A stretch of DNA of 61,148 nucleotides, counting the filler. It is 7 parts of 7 records of this genome, joined end to end, with 100 filler letters (N's around TTAATTAATTAA, not from the genome) between each part and the next. Parts side by side here need not be neighbours in the genome. Positions count along the whole stretch, not along the records: positions 34,027 to 42,146 come from SRR31147125_28175; positions 42,247 to 54,054 come from SRR31147125_28178; 5 more parts are not named here. The stretch is one strand, 5' to 3'. Below are positions 41,634-52,390 of the stretch, in pieces (the first letter of the stretch is position 1; each line of letters begins with the position of its first letter). The notes under the pieces are model-generated. The model did no database searches. It worked only from the letters and a program-made list of their open reading frames with translations, and was not told the origin of the DNA. The translations under genes and the position numbers were made by a program.

Positions 41634-41969
41634 GTGATTATGGAAGAAGTAAGACTTTGGTCAAAAAATTTGCTACCAACTCCTTTTCCTAGAGATCTCT
41701 TTAGTGATGAAGAGAGTGAGGAAATCAATGCTGTAAATGAAGTCTACCCTGAAGATAATTTTCCAAAAGGTAAGATTGCCAAGTACTTTGTTCATCAAGG
41801 ATACGGTTTTGTTAAAGATAGAGCTGGTAAAGACCGTTATTTCAATCTTTCAGAGGTAGAGCTGATCGGTGAAAAAGATAAAGATGAAATTAAAGTTGGT
41901 ATCACCGTAGGTTATGATCTCGCTCACGCTGGAAAAACTCAACACGTTAAAAAAATGAAGATATATTAA
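41634..41969 (+). CDS. Cold-shock (CSD/OB-fold) domain protein with N-terminal extension
   Basis: 'KGKIAKYF..QGYGFV......RYF' RNP1/RNP2-like motifs. Confidence 0.7.
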   Translation: MIMEEVRLWSKNLLPTPFPRDLFSDEESEEINAVNEVYPEDNFPKGKIAKYFVHQGYGFVKDRAGKDRYFNLSEVELIGEKDKDEIKVGITVGYDLAHAGKTQHVKKMKIY

Positions 41970-41987
41970 GAATGTTAAATTTATAAT

Positions 41988-42030
41988 AAAACCCGAGTAT
42001 CAAGAATTGCAGATACTCGGGTTTTTTATT
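41988..42030 (+). terminator. Rho-independent terminator
   Basis: AAAACCCGAGTATC-loop-GATACTCGGGTTTT followed by TTATT. Confidence 0.85.
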
Positions 42031-42119
42031 GTTCATACAGAAGACTCAATTATTGTCACCTTCTGGGACGCTTTTTTTGTCTTCAGCGGCACATTTTGAC
42101 ATCTTTGGAGCTACCTCTT

Positions 42120-42146
42120 GTCATCCTCGGGCTTGACCCGAGGATC
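42120..42146. repeat. REP-like palindrome at contig end
   Basis: GTC-ATCCTCGGG-cttga-CCCGAGGAT. Confidence 0.55.
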
Positions 42147-42246
42147 NNNNNNNNNNNNNNNNNNNNNNNNNNNNNNNNNNNNNNNNNNNNTTAATTAATT
42201 AANNNNNNNNNNNNNNNNNNNNNNNNNNNNNNNNNNNNNNNNNNNN
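42147..42246. other. Artificial contig linker
   Basis: N44-TTAATTAATTAA-N44. Confidence 0.98.
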
Positions 42247-43041
42247 GGGGATACTTTTGACGCTGTTATGAATTACCGTTTTGCCCGAAATGTGATCCGG
42301 TTTTTTGTCAATCAAAATAAAAAGCTGACAGTGACAGAATTCGATTCCATTTTTCATCAGATAGAAAAAGAATATCCGCAAGAAAACCTCTATGTTATGC
42401 AAAATCTGGTGGACAGTCATGACACTGACCGGATTGCGTCCATGATTATCAATCCGGATCGAATATATGGTTATAAAAATCAGGTGCAGCACAATCAGGA
42501 TTACCTGGTCAGAAAACCCTATGAAGATGAAAGACAAATTCAAAAACTGATTGTCCTTTTTCAAATGACGTTTCAAGGTGCTCCAATGATTTATTATGGT
42601 GATGAGGCTGGGATGTGGGGTGCTTCTGATCCGGATGAGCGAAAACCAATGGTCTGGCCCATGTTGAAATATGATGACGAAGTCAGTCATCCCTTTGACA
42701 ATGTAAGACCGTATGACACTAATGAGTTTGACTATGATTTGTTCGAATATTATAAAAAGTGTGTTCATATGCGACGAAATGAGCCGGCGCTTTTGCTGGG
42801 AAATTTTACTACAGTTTTAACCAGTGACGAGCAGGATGTCTATGCATTTCAGCGGAAGCAAAATAATGAAAAAATTGTTATTATTTTAAATAATTCTGCA
42901 AGTTCCCAGGACATTACACTTGAAGTAGATGGAGTTGAGTGGGTGGATTTAATGACCGGAAAACAATATCAGTCAATAAATGGCATTCTTAAGGTGAGTA
43001 TCCTGGGCAAACAGGGATTAGTACTGAAATGGAAAAATTGA
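42247..43041 (+). CDS. GH13 alpha-amylase family (neopullulanase/cyclomaltodextrinase-like), C-terminal part
   Basis: 'FDAVMNY', region IV 'NLVDSHDTDR', 'GAPMIYYGDEAGM.GA.DPD.RKPM.W'. Confidence 0.88.
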   Translation, partial: GDTFDAVMNYRFARNVIRFFVNQNKKLTVTEFDSIFHQIEKEYPQENLYVMQNLVDSHDTDRIASMIINPDRIYGYKNQVQHNQDYLVRKPYEDERQIQKLIVLFQMTFQGAPMIYYGDEAGMWGASDPDERKPMVWPMLKYDDEVSHPFDNVRPYDTNEFDYDLFEYYKKCVHMRRNEPALLLGNFTTVLTSDEQDVYAFQRKQNNEKIVIILNNSASSQDITLEVDGVEWVDLMTGKQYQSINGILKVSILGKQGLVLKWKN

Positions 43042-43057
43042 ATCGATCATACATGCA

Positions 43058-44722
43058 ATGAAAAATATGATAAAAAATATCATTGGTCGGACAGGAATTA
43101 TTGGGTGGATTGTGCTTATCATTCCTTTTATGACAGCCTGTCAATCCAATAAAAATGAAAAGCTTACTCTGGCCAAAGTGGAGAATTTAAGCGTTACTCT
43201 TGGGGACTTTCGCCATCGGCTCAATAATATTTTGCTCTACACAACACAGGATAATGCAGAAATACGTGATGCTGTTTTACAAAATCTGATTAATGAAAAA
43301 GTGTTAATTCATGAGGCAATAAAAAGAGAATACGATAAATCGGACGATTTTATATTTGAAAAAAAACGCTCCGAGTATGATGCCATTTTGAATGCTTTTC
43401 GGGATAAAATAGCCACTAAAAGAGTTAATGTCACTGAAGAGGATGTCAAACAGGCTTTTGCTCTGAAAAATGAGCAGGTAAGAGCACGTATCTTGTATGC
43501 ACCGACTGAAGAAAAAGCACAGCTTTATTATCAACAATTGCAGAATGGTGCATCGTTTGAACAATTAGCGAAAATAGCTTTTCAGGATCCGAGACTTGCG
43601 GAAAATGGCGGCGATATGGGATATTTTTCCTGGGAAGACCAGGATTTACCTTTTTCAGAGGCGGGCCAGCAATTAAAAATCGGTGAAATATCAAAACCCG
43701 TGCTAACCCGAAACGGATGGTATATTATCAGAGTAGAAGATCGTTTTTTACCTCCACTGAGCGATTTGGATTATCATAATGAATATAAAAATAACAAGTG
43801 GGTTGTCACCCATCGGAAAAAAGTAAAAGCCGTTCGAGAGTATACCAACGATCTGCTTAAAGAACAGCATATAATGTTTAATCAATCCATATTGAAGGAG
43901 CTTATGCAGGACGTACCAGTGGAAGGCACGATGAATCCTGTTTCATTTGAACAGTATGGGCTTGATAGTAATGAAACGATTGCCACTGTGAATGGCGTTC
44001 CCTGGACCTTGAATATGTTTTACGAGAAAGCAAAGTGGACCTCCTACCAACAACGTAAAAGTGTCAAGGACGTGAAAAGTCTGGAACGGTTTCTGGAAGG
44101 ATTGATTTTGCGGGATATTCTTCTTGAAAAAGCGTATTCCGCTGGTTTTCAAAATAAAAAGGGTATTCAACAACTGGTTCTTCAGCAGTGTGATCTTTAT
44201 CTGATTGAAAAAATGAATAATATCATCACCGATACTGTCCGAATAAATAATCAACAAGCACGTGAATATTATAACCAGTTCAAAAGGCAATTTGTTTTTC
44301 AAAAAGCAGTAAATGTTCGTGAAATACTTGTAGATTCTGAAGAGAAAGCAAAGGATCTGTTGACCAGAATCCGGCAGGGCGAAAAGTTTGCTGATCTTGC
44401 CCAAAAGTATTCCTTGCGAAAATGGGCAGCAAAACGACAAGGCGAGTTAGGTTTTGGTACGAAATCCAATTATGGTATACATGCAGATGATATTTTTTCA
44501 ATGAAAATTGGTGAAATTCGCGGACCTTTGAAAACAAAAGGTTACTTCTCTCTTATTAAAGTGATTGATATACGCGAGGCGCGTCCTAAAACTTTTGAAC
44601 AGGCCCGTCCGGAGATAGAAAAACAATTAATCGAAGAAAAAAAACAAAATGTACTGCTTGAAACAATCGAAAAGATGCGTCAGAATCTGAAAATAGAATA
44701 TGATATGAATGGTATAGCCTGA
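43058..44722 (+). CDS. Lipoprotein peptidyl-prolyl isomerase with two parvulin domains (SurA/PrsA-like)
   Basis: Lipobox-like 'MTAC'; 'SFEQLAK...NGGDMGYF', 'FADLAQKYS...GELGF'. Confidence 0.85.
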   Translation: MKNMIKNIIGRTGIIGWIVLIIPFMTACQSNKNEKLTLAKVENLSVTLGDFRHRLNNILLYTTQDNAEIRDAVLQNLINEKVLIHEAIKREYDKSDDFIFEKKRSEYDAILNAFRDKIATKRVNVTEEDVKQAFALKNEQVRARILYAPTEEKAQLYYQQLQNGASFEQLAKIAFQDPRLAENGGDMGYFSWEDQDLPFSEAGQQLKIGEISKPVLTRNGWYIIRVEDRFLPPLSDLDYHNEYKNNKWVVTHRKKVKAVREYTNDLLKEQHIMFNQSILKELMQDVPVEGTMNPVSFEQYGLDSNETIATVNGVPWTLNMFYEKAKWTSYQQRKSVKDVKSLERFLEGLILRDILLEKAYSAGFQNKKGIQQLVLQQCDLYLIEKMNNIITDTVRINNQQAREYYNQFKRQFVFQKAVNVREILVDSEEKAKDLLTRIRQGEKFADLAQKYSLRKWAAKRQGELGFGTKSNYGIHADDIFSMKIGEIRGPLKTKGYFSLIKVIDIREARPKTFEQARPEIEKQLIEEKKQNVLLETIEKMRQNLKIEYDMNGIA

Positions 44723-44851
44723 TTGTAATGATGAATTTAATAACAGTTAATTGTAATGATAAATTAAAAATCCATTTAAAATATTTTACATCAAGGACAT
44801 ATGTTTGCAGATTTTGATTCAATGGTGTGTTTTCAATAGAGGAGTTGGCTT

Positions 44852-47583
44852 ATGAATTTTAAACAATTCACAAGAAATATGCTATTTTCCTGATCCTGGC
44901 CTTATGGAGCCAGAGTTTTGCCGGTACGACCGGCAAGATCAGGGGATTTATCACGGACAAAAAATCGGGTGAAGCGTTGCCTGGTGTGAATGTTGTTGTC
45001 CAGGGCACAAATACCGGAGCTGCAACCGATTTGAATGGAGAATATATTATCACGAATATACCTCCAGGTACCTATAGCCTTACTTCGAGTATGATTGGCT
45101 ATGCCAAAGCCACAGTTGTAGATGTCAAGGTGTCCATTGATTTGACCACTGAAGTTAATTTCGGTCTTGAGGAGGCGGTGCTGGATATAGGTGGAGAGGT
45201 TGTTATTCGGGCCGAACGTCCTATCGTGCAAAAGGATCTCACCTCATCCCAGGCGTCTGTATCTTCTGAGGATATTGACTTGTTACCTGTCCAGAATGTG
45301 GACCAGGTCCTGACGTTACAGGCAGGTGTGTTACAGACAAGTGATGGTATCCACATACGTGGTGGACGTGCCAGTGAGGTTGCTTATTATGTGGATGGTG
45401 TCTCTGTCACTGACTCTTACGATAACAAGCTGGCGGTTGAGGTCGAAAATGCGTCCGTTCAGGAATTACAGGTTATCAGTGGAACATTCAATGCCGAATA
45501 TGGTCAGGCCATGTCAGGCATCGTCAATATTGTAACCCGCGATGGTGGCAGCGAATATCATGGAAATATTAATCTGTATTCCGGAGATTATCTTAGTGAT
45601 AATACAAAATGGTTTCCGCATATTGATGATTTTGAACCGACAGCAACAGCGAATATTCAGGGAACCCTTTCAGGACCTGTTCCCTTTACGAAGAACAAGT
45701 TGACCTTTTTCGCGACCGGCCGTTATTATGATACGGATGGGTATATATTCGGAGAAAGACGTTATAATATCGATGGCACACCAGGCGATGGCGCTGCCGT
45801 TCCTTTGGCCAGGGAAGAAAAATTGTCAGGTCAGGCAAAATTTACTTATCAATTAACTCCCGGATTAAAAATCAGAGTAGGTGCTTACGGAAGTACGGAA
45901 GAGAACGACAAGGATAATAAGGATAATTATCGTGATTTTAAGTTTTTGCCGGATGCGAGGAAAAATAAATTTGATGATGGTTATAACTTTACCACACAAA
46001 TTACCCACACACTAAGTTCTTCTACCTTTTATACGTTAAATGTTTCCCGCTTTCATAAAGCTTATGAGGATTATGTTTTTGAAAATCCGATTGATTCCCG
46101 CCTCGTACCCAAGGATTCTTTGGATCAGGTGCCTCCATTTAATGTTAAAAACGTAGGAACCATTCTGGAATGGTTTCAACGCAATACAACCTCACTTGTT
46201 AGTAAATTTGATATAACCAGTCAGGTAGACAGATACAACCAGATGAAATTTGGAGTTGAATTTAAACGACATAAATTGTATCAGGAGTCTATTACTCCTG
46301 TTCCTGCCCGGGATGAGACTGGTGTTCAACTTGATCCTTTGCAGTGGAATATCGAACCGTTCAGTTCCACAAATCATTCCACTTATACAGAAAGACCTAT
46401 AGAATTATCGGCATATTTGCAGGACAAGATAGAATATCAGGACATGATCGTAAATATTGGGTTGCGCCTGGACTATTTTGATGCCCGTTCACAGATACTG
46501 AATGATCCGTCTGATCCGAATATTTATGCCCCCCTGAGTACAGAGAACAAGGCATTAACTCTTGAAGAACGAGCGCAGGTATGGTGGAAAGATACATCCG
46601 CAAAGTACAGGCTTTCACCACGTTTTGGAATTGCATATCCAATTACGGATAAAGGTGTGATACATTTTTCCTATGGCCATTTTCTGCAGATTCCTTCTTT
46701 TAAATTGCTGTTCGATAATCCCGGATTTAAGGTGCCTGCTACTTCAGAAATTCATGGTGTTTATGGCAATCCCGATCTTGAACCGCAGAAAACAATCATG
46801 TATGAAATTGGATTACAACAACAATTGGGCGAATCCATCGGATTTGATATCACAGGATTTTATCGCGATGTTCGTGACTGGGTAGGTGTGAGTGTACCCA
46901 TTGAAACCGTTGGTGCTGGTGGACAGATCCTCACCGGTCGAACTTATGTGGAATATACAAATCGTGATTATGCAAATGTCCGCGGAATCACGGTGTCTTT
47001 AAATCAGCAAATATCACCTCTCGTTAATTATACTTTTGATTATACATTTCAAATTGCTGAAAACAGCAATTCAAAAGCGGATGAGGAATTCACATCCATT
47101 AAGGATAACAAGGAACCGACTCGGTTGATAAGTCCAGCTGATTGGGATCAAAAGCAGACTCTTAATGGCTCACTTCGATTCGGTCGCCGCAACTGGGGGC
47201 TCACATTTTTGGGACGATATGGATCCGGAAAACCTTATACACCAACAATTACCAGGGCTGTTCGTTTGGGCGCCAACGCGAATCTGGCGTTTACAACAAA
47301 TTCCCGTCGTAAACCTGTTGATATGACTTTTGATCTAAGAGCTTTTAAATCTTTTGATTTTGCCGGACTTCGATATACTGTTCAACTCAATGTTTTTAAT
47401 GTTTTCGATCGACTGAATGAAATTGAAGTTTATGGAGATACTGGCCGGGCGATCACATCAAGCGAATTTAGAAAAGTACGTGAGTCAACACTGGAGAATA
47501 ATACAGCAGATGAGTGGATAGCCCAACCGGGGCGTTTTGCAGCGCCACGCGAGATAAATGTAGGATTGCAAATCGATTTTTAA
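44852..47583 (+). CDS. TonB-dependent receptor (start frameshifted near 44865)
   Basis: Signal peptide then 'AGTTGKIRG', carboxypeptidase-regulatory-like domain, plug 'HIRGGRASEVAYYVDG...FNAEYGQAMSG', C-terminal Phe 'GLQIDF'. Confidence 0.9.
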
Positions 47584-47599
47584 TCGGAGAGGATAAAAC

Positions 47600-50500
47600 A
47601 TGAGCTATTTGAAAGGATTATTAATTGTTATTATACTTTTCCCAATATCGTTAGTTGGGCAACACGTTCCTTCGAAGGAGCGCACGGATTTTTCTTTTCG
47701 ACGAAAAACCGATATCGCCTCCAACCTGGTGAGGACCAGTATTTTTAATCGCGTTATTACCGGACGCGAAACCGGATCTCAACCTGACCAAATTCCATAC
47801 GAATGGCCAAAAAATTCTGGTAAAAAATACATGGCTCTGACATCGCTTCAGGTTGGTGGAATCGCTAAACTGGATGATGGCTCTGAAGTGAAAATATTCG
47901 AAGCCGGATTAGGCAAGGGTGACAGTCCGGAAGGAACATCCTGGGATTTTGATCCGATACCGGATTATTTAAACCCTGATTTCCCCGGTCTTGCCAACCA
48001 GGCTGAGCCAGGCTCCTGGCCAACATTATGGCCGGATAAACTTGATGATGAGATTGATCCGGGATGGATGGGATCATGGAATGGTTTATTTGGTAAAAAC
48101 CAGTTTAATGCGGATCAGGAAATCTTTTTCAGAGCAGGAGATGATCATTATAATAAATTCAGTTATTTCCCGGATTCAACAGATATATCACGTCGTGGAA
48201 TGGGATTGATTATCGATACACGTGTATTACAATGGTCCCAGGTTTTAATACAGGATGTCACTTTTATCCTGCATTACATGATGAATGATGGCGATAAAGA
48301 TCTGGAACAGGTGGGAATGAGTGTCCTTCTCGCAGACCTTGTTGGTGGTGATGATGACTCTGATGATGATGTCGCATTTTACGATTTGCGCGATGAAATA
48401 GCCTGGTCCACGGACTCGGATGGGATCGGTAACCGATTCTTTGGCGATGATCCGGTTGGCGTTGTTGCCACCACATTTTTGGAAACCCCTGGAAACGCAC
48501 GGGATTATATGGATAATGATTTTGATGGAGAGGAAGGGAATCCCATCGTTACTGAAGCAATGCTGAGTGGAGAGGATCCGACAAACTCTGTTGATGATAA
48601 CAATAATGGCCTGATTGATGAAAATAAACGAAATACCTTTTTTGATGATGCGACCGGTTCCGGCCCGGGCTCGGCTTATCGGGATTTTATTGATAACGAT
48701 AGCGATGGAGAACCGGGTAGCCCGGTTGTTACTGCCGACATGCTGAGCGGTGAAATACCGGAAAATGCTATTGATGACAATGATAATGGTATTATAGACG
48801 AAGATCAAAGTGATGTAAATCTGCGTTACGCAGATGGTATTGATAATGATGATTCTTATCAAAATGATTTTGGTATTAATCACGGTGAAGCAAACAGCCC
48901 TGTTGTAACCCCGGATATGATTGCATCAGCTGCCCAGGATCCGTTAAAGCGTTATTTTGTGCCAGGGACAAATATTATCCTGTATGATGTTGGTTCAGAA
49001 GATCTGGGCAAAGCCTACAAAGATGGAATCGACAACGACAATGATGGCGCCACAGATGAAGGAATCGATGAGGGGATCGATGAAATGATTGATGAACGCC
49101 GGGATGATGGTATTGATAATGATAGAGACTGGGATCCAATTAAAGATGATGTGGGTCTTGATGGCGCACCGAATACCGGCGATAAAGGTGAAAATGACGG
49201 TAAACCAACCTCCGGAGTAGGCACAGATTTTCCCGGAGAGCCCAATATCGATAAAACCGATGTCGCTGAAAGTGATCAAATCGGTTTGACAAATGCACAG
49301 TATTTCCCGTCTGACGGTTTTAGTGTTGGTAATGATGCCGGATCTTATCGGACTTATTTAACGCCTGGTTCTTTTTATACCACACAACCAAAGGCCAGTG
49401 ATTTTAATCTTTTTATTGGTTCCGGTTTATTCACACTTGAATCCGGTGCAACCGAACGTATCTCAATGGCCATAGCCATGGGCATCGACACTACAGATGC
49501 CATCACCAATCGGAAAAACTCTTTAACAGCTTATCTTTCCGATTACCAGTTTGCTCAGGCTCCACTTACACCGAAACTGACAGCTGTCCCGGGCGACGGT
49601 AAAGTTACCCTCTATTGGGATGACAGTGCAGAGTCTACTTTTGATCGATTCCTGGATCGTTTAGGTTTACCTGCCAATGATTTTGAAGGGTATCGCCTGT
49701 ATAAAAGCACCGAATCCGCTTTTGAAGATCCGCTTGAAGTTACGGACGCACAAGGTGTGCCCGTTTTTCAGAGGCCTCTTGCTCAATTTGATCTCGTAGA
49801 TGCGTGGCAGGGAATCCATCCTGTCCCAACTGAAGATGGAGCTCATTTTTTTCTCGGTAATAATACAGGATTAAGACACACTTTTGTGGATTCTCCGCTC
49901 ACAAATGGACAGAGATATTTCTATTTACTTCGATCCTATGATTATGGCCTTGTGGCTGCCGATGAGGTGAATAAGGGAATTATCCCAACAGAAAGTCCCT
50001 TCCGCTTAACAAAAACAGCGAGTGGCGAGTTTGAGTTTGGTCAAAGCGTGGCTATTGTCACACCAAACGCGCCGGCTGCAGGATATGTAAATCCTCATCT
50101 GGTTAATGGAATAGAGCATCCAACAGGTGCATCTTCGTCATTGGTGCAAGTGAACATTAAAGATCCCGAGACATTAATAGATGGTCAGAATTACCGTATC
50201 ACATTCGAGGATACAACCATTATCGATCCTCGAGGTATCGTTTCAGACACTCTCAGAACATTAAACTTTACCCTGACATATCTGAATTCCAATGACAGCG
50301 TTGAAGATACATTAATAGACCGCCAGGAAGATTTTGATTTAACGGATGTCGTTATTGACGGCTTTAATCTCACCTTTGAAAACGTGGAACAGGTCAGACC
50401 GGATCTGGCGAATTCTTATTATAATGATGATCTGGCCAATACAAATGCCGACAGTATACATCCTTTTGAATTTCGGGTATTTGTGCAGGGATTTGATAAA

Positions 50501-51244
50501 GGTAAAAAAGTTCCTCATGATTATGATGTTGTTTTTGGAGAACCTGGGTCAGGACAATCCATTGATTTAACCTTTGGCGGTATTCCATTTACTGCCACCC
50601 CTGTTAATTTTAAAGTGTTTAACAGTTCAGAGAATAAAGAAATACAATTTGCCTTTTTTGATGTAGACCGTACAGGCAGCACAAGTGAATCTGCTCTGTT
50701 TTCTCGAACAAAGTTAAACAGGGATGTTGTGGTGTTTGTTGAAGATGTTGAGGGAGAGCCAACAGTCACATGGCTTTTAACCTTTTTACCAACATTCAGT
50801 GAGCGTTTACGCAATCCTCAGGCTGGGGATGTTTTACACCTGGCCACGGAAAAGCCATTTTTACAAAATGACGTGTTTGAATTTACCATTCAAAAATCGT
50901 CGATCGATAAAGAAAAAGCTAAAAATGATCTTGATGATATTCGTGTTGTGCCTAATCCATATATCGCCTCCGCCACATGGGAACCGTTAAATCCATTTGC
51001 CAGCGGACGTGGACCACGAGCCATTCACTTTAATCATCTGCCGCAAAATTGTACCATTCGGATCTTTACCGTAAGCGGTGAACTGGTTCGGACAATTGAG
51101 CATAATTCGATGGCTGAAAGTGGCACAGCAATTTGGGATCTGTTGACAGAAGATCAATTGGATGTATCGTATGGTATTTATATATATCATGTTGATGCTC
51201 CGGATATTGGAGAAAAAATTGGTAGATTGGCCATTATTAAATAG
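47600..51244 (+). CDS. Large secreted Asp-rich protein with T9SS-like C-terminal domain
   Basis: Signal peptide; several 'DxxDNDxDGxxDE'-type repeats; Fn3-like 'AVPGDGKVTLYWD...FEGYRLYKS'; CTD 'VVPNPY...IRIFTVSGELVR...GIYIYHV...RLAIIK'. Confidence 0.7.
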   Translation: MSYLKGLLIVIILFPISLVGQHVPSKERTDFSFRRKTDIASNLVRTSIFNRVITGRETGSQPDQIPYEWPKNSGKKYMALTSLQVGGIAKLDDGSEVKIFEAGLGKGDSPEGTSWDFDPIPDYLNPDFPGLANQAEPGSWPTLWPDKLDDEIDPGWMGSWNGLFGKNQFNADQEIFFRAGDDHYNKFSYFPDSTDISRRGMGLIIDTRVLQWSQVLIQDVTFILHYMMNDGDKDLEQVGMSVLLADLVGGDDDSDDDVAFYDLRDEIAWSTDSDGIGNRFFGDDPVGVVATTFLETPGNARDYMDNDFDGEEGNPIVTEAMLSGEDPTNSVDDNNNGLIDENKRNTFFDDATGSGPGSAYRDFIDNDSDGEPGSPVVTADMLSGEIPENAIDDNDNGIIDEDQSDVNLRYADGIDNDDSYQNDFGINHGEANSPVVTPDMIASAAQDPLKRYFVPGTNIILYDVGSEDLGKAYKDGIDNDNDGATDEGIDEGIDEMIDERRDDGIDNDRDWDPIKDDVGLDGAPNTGDKGENDGKPTSGVGTDFPGEPNIDKTDVAESDQIGLTNAQYFPSDGFSVGNDAGSYRTYLTPGSFYTTQPKASDFNLFIGSGLFTLESGATERISMAIAMGIDTTDAITNRKNSLTAYLSDYQFAQAPLTPKLTAVPGDGKVTLYWDDSAESTFDRFLDRLGLPANDFEGYRLYKSTESAFEDPLEVTDAQGVPVFQRPLAQFDLVDAWQGIHPVPTEDGAHFFLGNNTGLRHTFVDSPLTNGQRYFYLLRSYDYGLVAADEVNKGIIPTESPFRLTKTASGEFEFGQSVAIVTPNAPAAGYVNPHLVNGIEHPTGASSSLVQVNIKDPETLIDGQNYRITFEDTTIIDPRGIVSDTLRTLNFTLTYLNSNDSVEDTLIDRQEDFDLTDVVIDGFNLTFENVEQVRPDLANSYYNDDLANTNADSIHPFEFRVFVQGFDKGKKVPHDYDVVFGEPGSGQSIDLTFGGIPFTATPVNFKVFNSSENKEIQFAFFDVDRTGSTSESALFSRTKLNRDVVVFVEDVEGEPTVTWLLTFLPTFSERLRNPQAGDVLHLATEKPFLQNDVFEFTIQKSSIDKEKAKNDLDDIRVVPNPYIASATWEPLNPFASGRGPRAIHFNHLPQNCTIRIFTVSGELVRTIEHNSMAESGTAIWDLLTEDQLDVSYGIYIYHVDAPDIGEKIGRLAIIK

Positions 51245-51263
51245 GTTGAAAGAGGAGTAGCCA

Positions 51264-52310
51264 ATGCTAAGAAAAGTAAAAATAATAACACTGGGCCTGA
51301 TAGTTCTTTGTGTTAGTATAAATTTTGCCCAGAATGTCACAAAGGTAGGTACGACATCCGCCAAGTTTTTGGCAATCCCGGTTGGAGCGCGTGCCACTTC
51401 CATGGGAACAGCATTTGTTTCCGTAGCAGATGATGCGACCGCCACATTTTGGAATCCTGGTGCTTTGGATATGATAAACAGAACCGAGGTTTATATCAGC
51501 CATTCCGAATGGTTTGGAGGTTTGTCATTTGATTTTGGTTCTCTGGTTTATCCACTTGGATTAAATGGTTCTTTTGGAACAGTTGGCATCAGTTATACGT
51601 CGATGCGAATGCCAGAGGAACAGGTTACCACTGTAGATGATCCGGAAGGGGAGTTTAGTGGAACATTTGATGCGGGTAGCTATGCAATCGGTATAAGTTA
51701 CAGTAAAAGCTTAACAGACAGATTTGCCATTGGGGGCACGGCCAAGTTCATAAATGAAACCATTTATAATTCCAAAGCAACAGGAATGGCATTGGATATT
51801 GGTACTCTGTACAAAACGCCCATCAAAGGTATACGTCTTGGTGTCAGTATTTCCAATTTTGGCCAAAAAATGCAAATTGAAGGTGAGGATTTAATCGTTC
51901 AGAAAGACATTGATCCTTCCATTGCCGGAAATAATGAGAGCATCAATGCCATGTTAACCACAGATGAATTTGATATGCCATTACTTATGCGAATCGGTGT
52001 ATCATGGGAACCGATTAAAAACGATTTTAACCGTCTGACTCTCCTAGCTGACGCAATGCATCCCAATGATAATTCAGAGAGCCTGAGCCTGGGAGCAGAA
52101 TATTCCTTTTTGAATGAAACTTTTTTTCTCCGGGGTGGATACAAAAATCTTTTTCTGGATAATAATGAAGGTTCTTTGGCTCTTGGTTTTGGAGTTAAAT
52201 TGCAGTCTGCTTTGACTGTTTTAAAAATTGATTATGCCTATAGCGAATATAAACATTTACAAGATGTTCATGTTTTTCTCTTGGATTGGTTTTATAAAAA
52301 AGTGTATTGA
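51264..52310 (+). CDS. PorV/PorQ-family outer-membrane beta-barrel (true end probably near 52297 after a T-run error)
   Basis: 'FLAIPVGARATSMG.A...DDATATFWNP', 'DIGTLY', 'SLGAEY...LRGGY', 'IDYAY'. Confidence 0.8.
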   Translation: MLRKVKIITLGLIVLCVSINFAQNVTKVGTTSAKFLAIPVGARATSMGTAFVSVADDATATFWNPGALDMINRTEVYISHSEWFGGLSFDFGSLVYPLGLNGSFGTVGISYTSMRMPEEQVTTVDDPEGEFSGTFDAGSYAIGISYSKSLTDRFAIGGTAKFINETIYNSKATGMALDIGTLYKTPIKGIRLGVSISNFGQKMQIEGEDLIVQKDIDPSIAGNNESINAMLTTDEFDMPLLMRIGVSWEPIKNDFNRLTLLADAMHPNDNSESLSLGAEYSFLNETFFLRGGYKNLFLDNNEGSLALGFGVKLQSALTVLKIDYAYSEYKHLQDVHVFLLDWFYKKVY

Positions 52311-52390
52311 AAGGTGGTGATGCCAGTTTAGGTCGATTTTCTCGTAAATTTATACAAACATTATAACATTAGTGAGAGGAGACTGTGATA

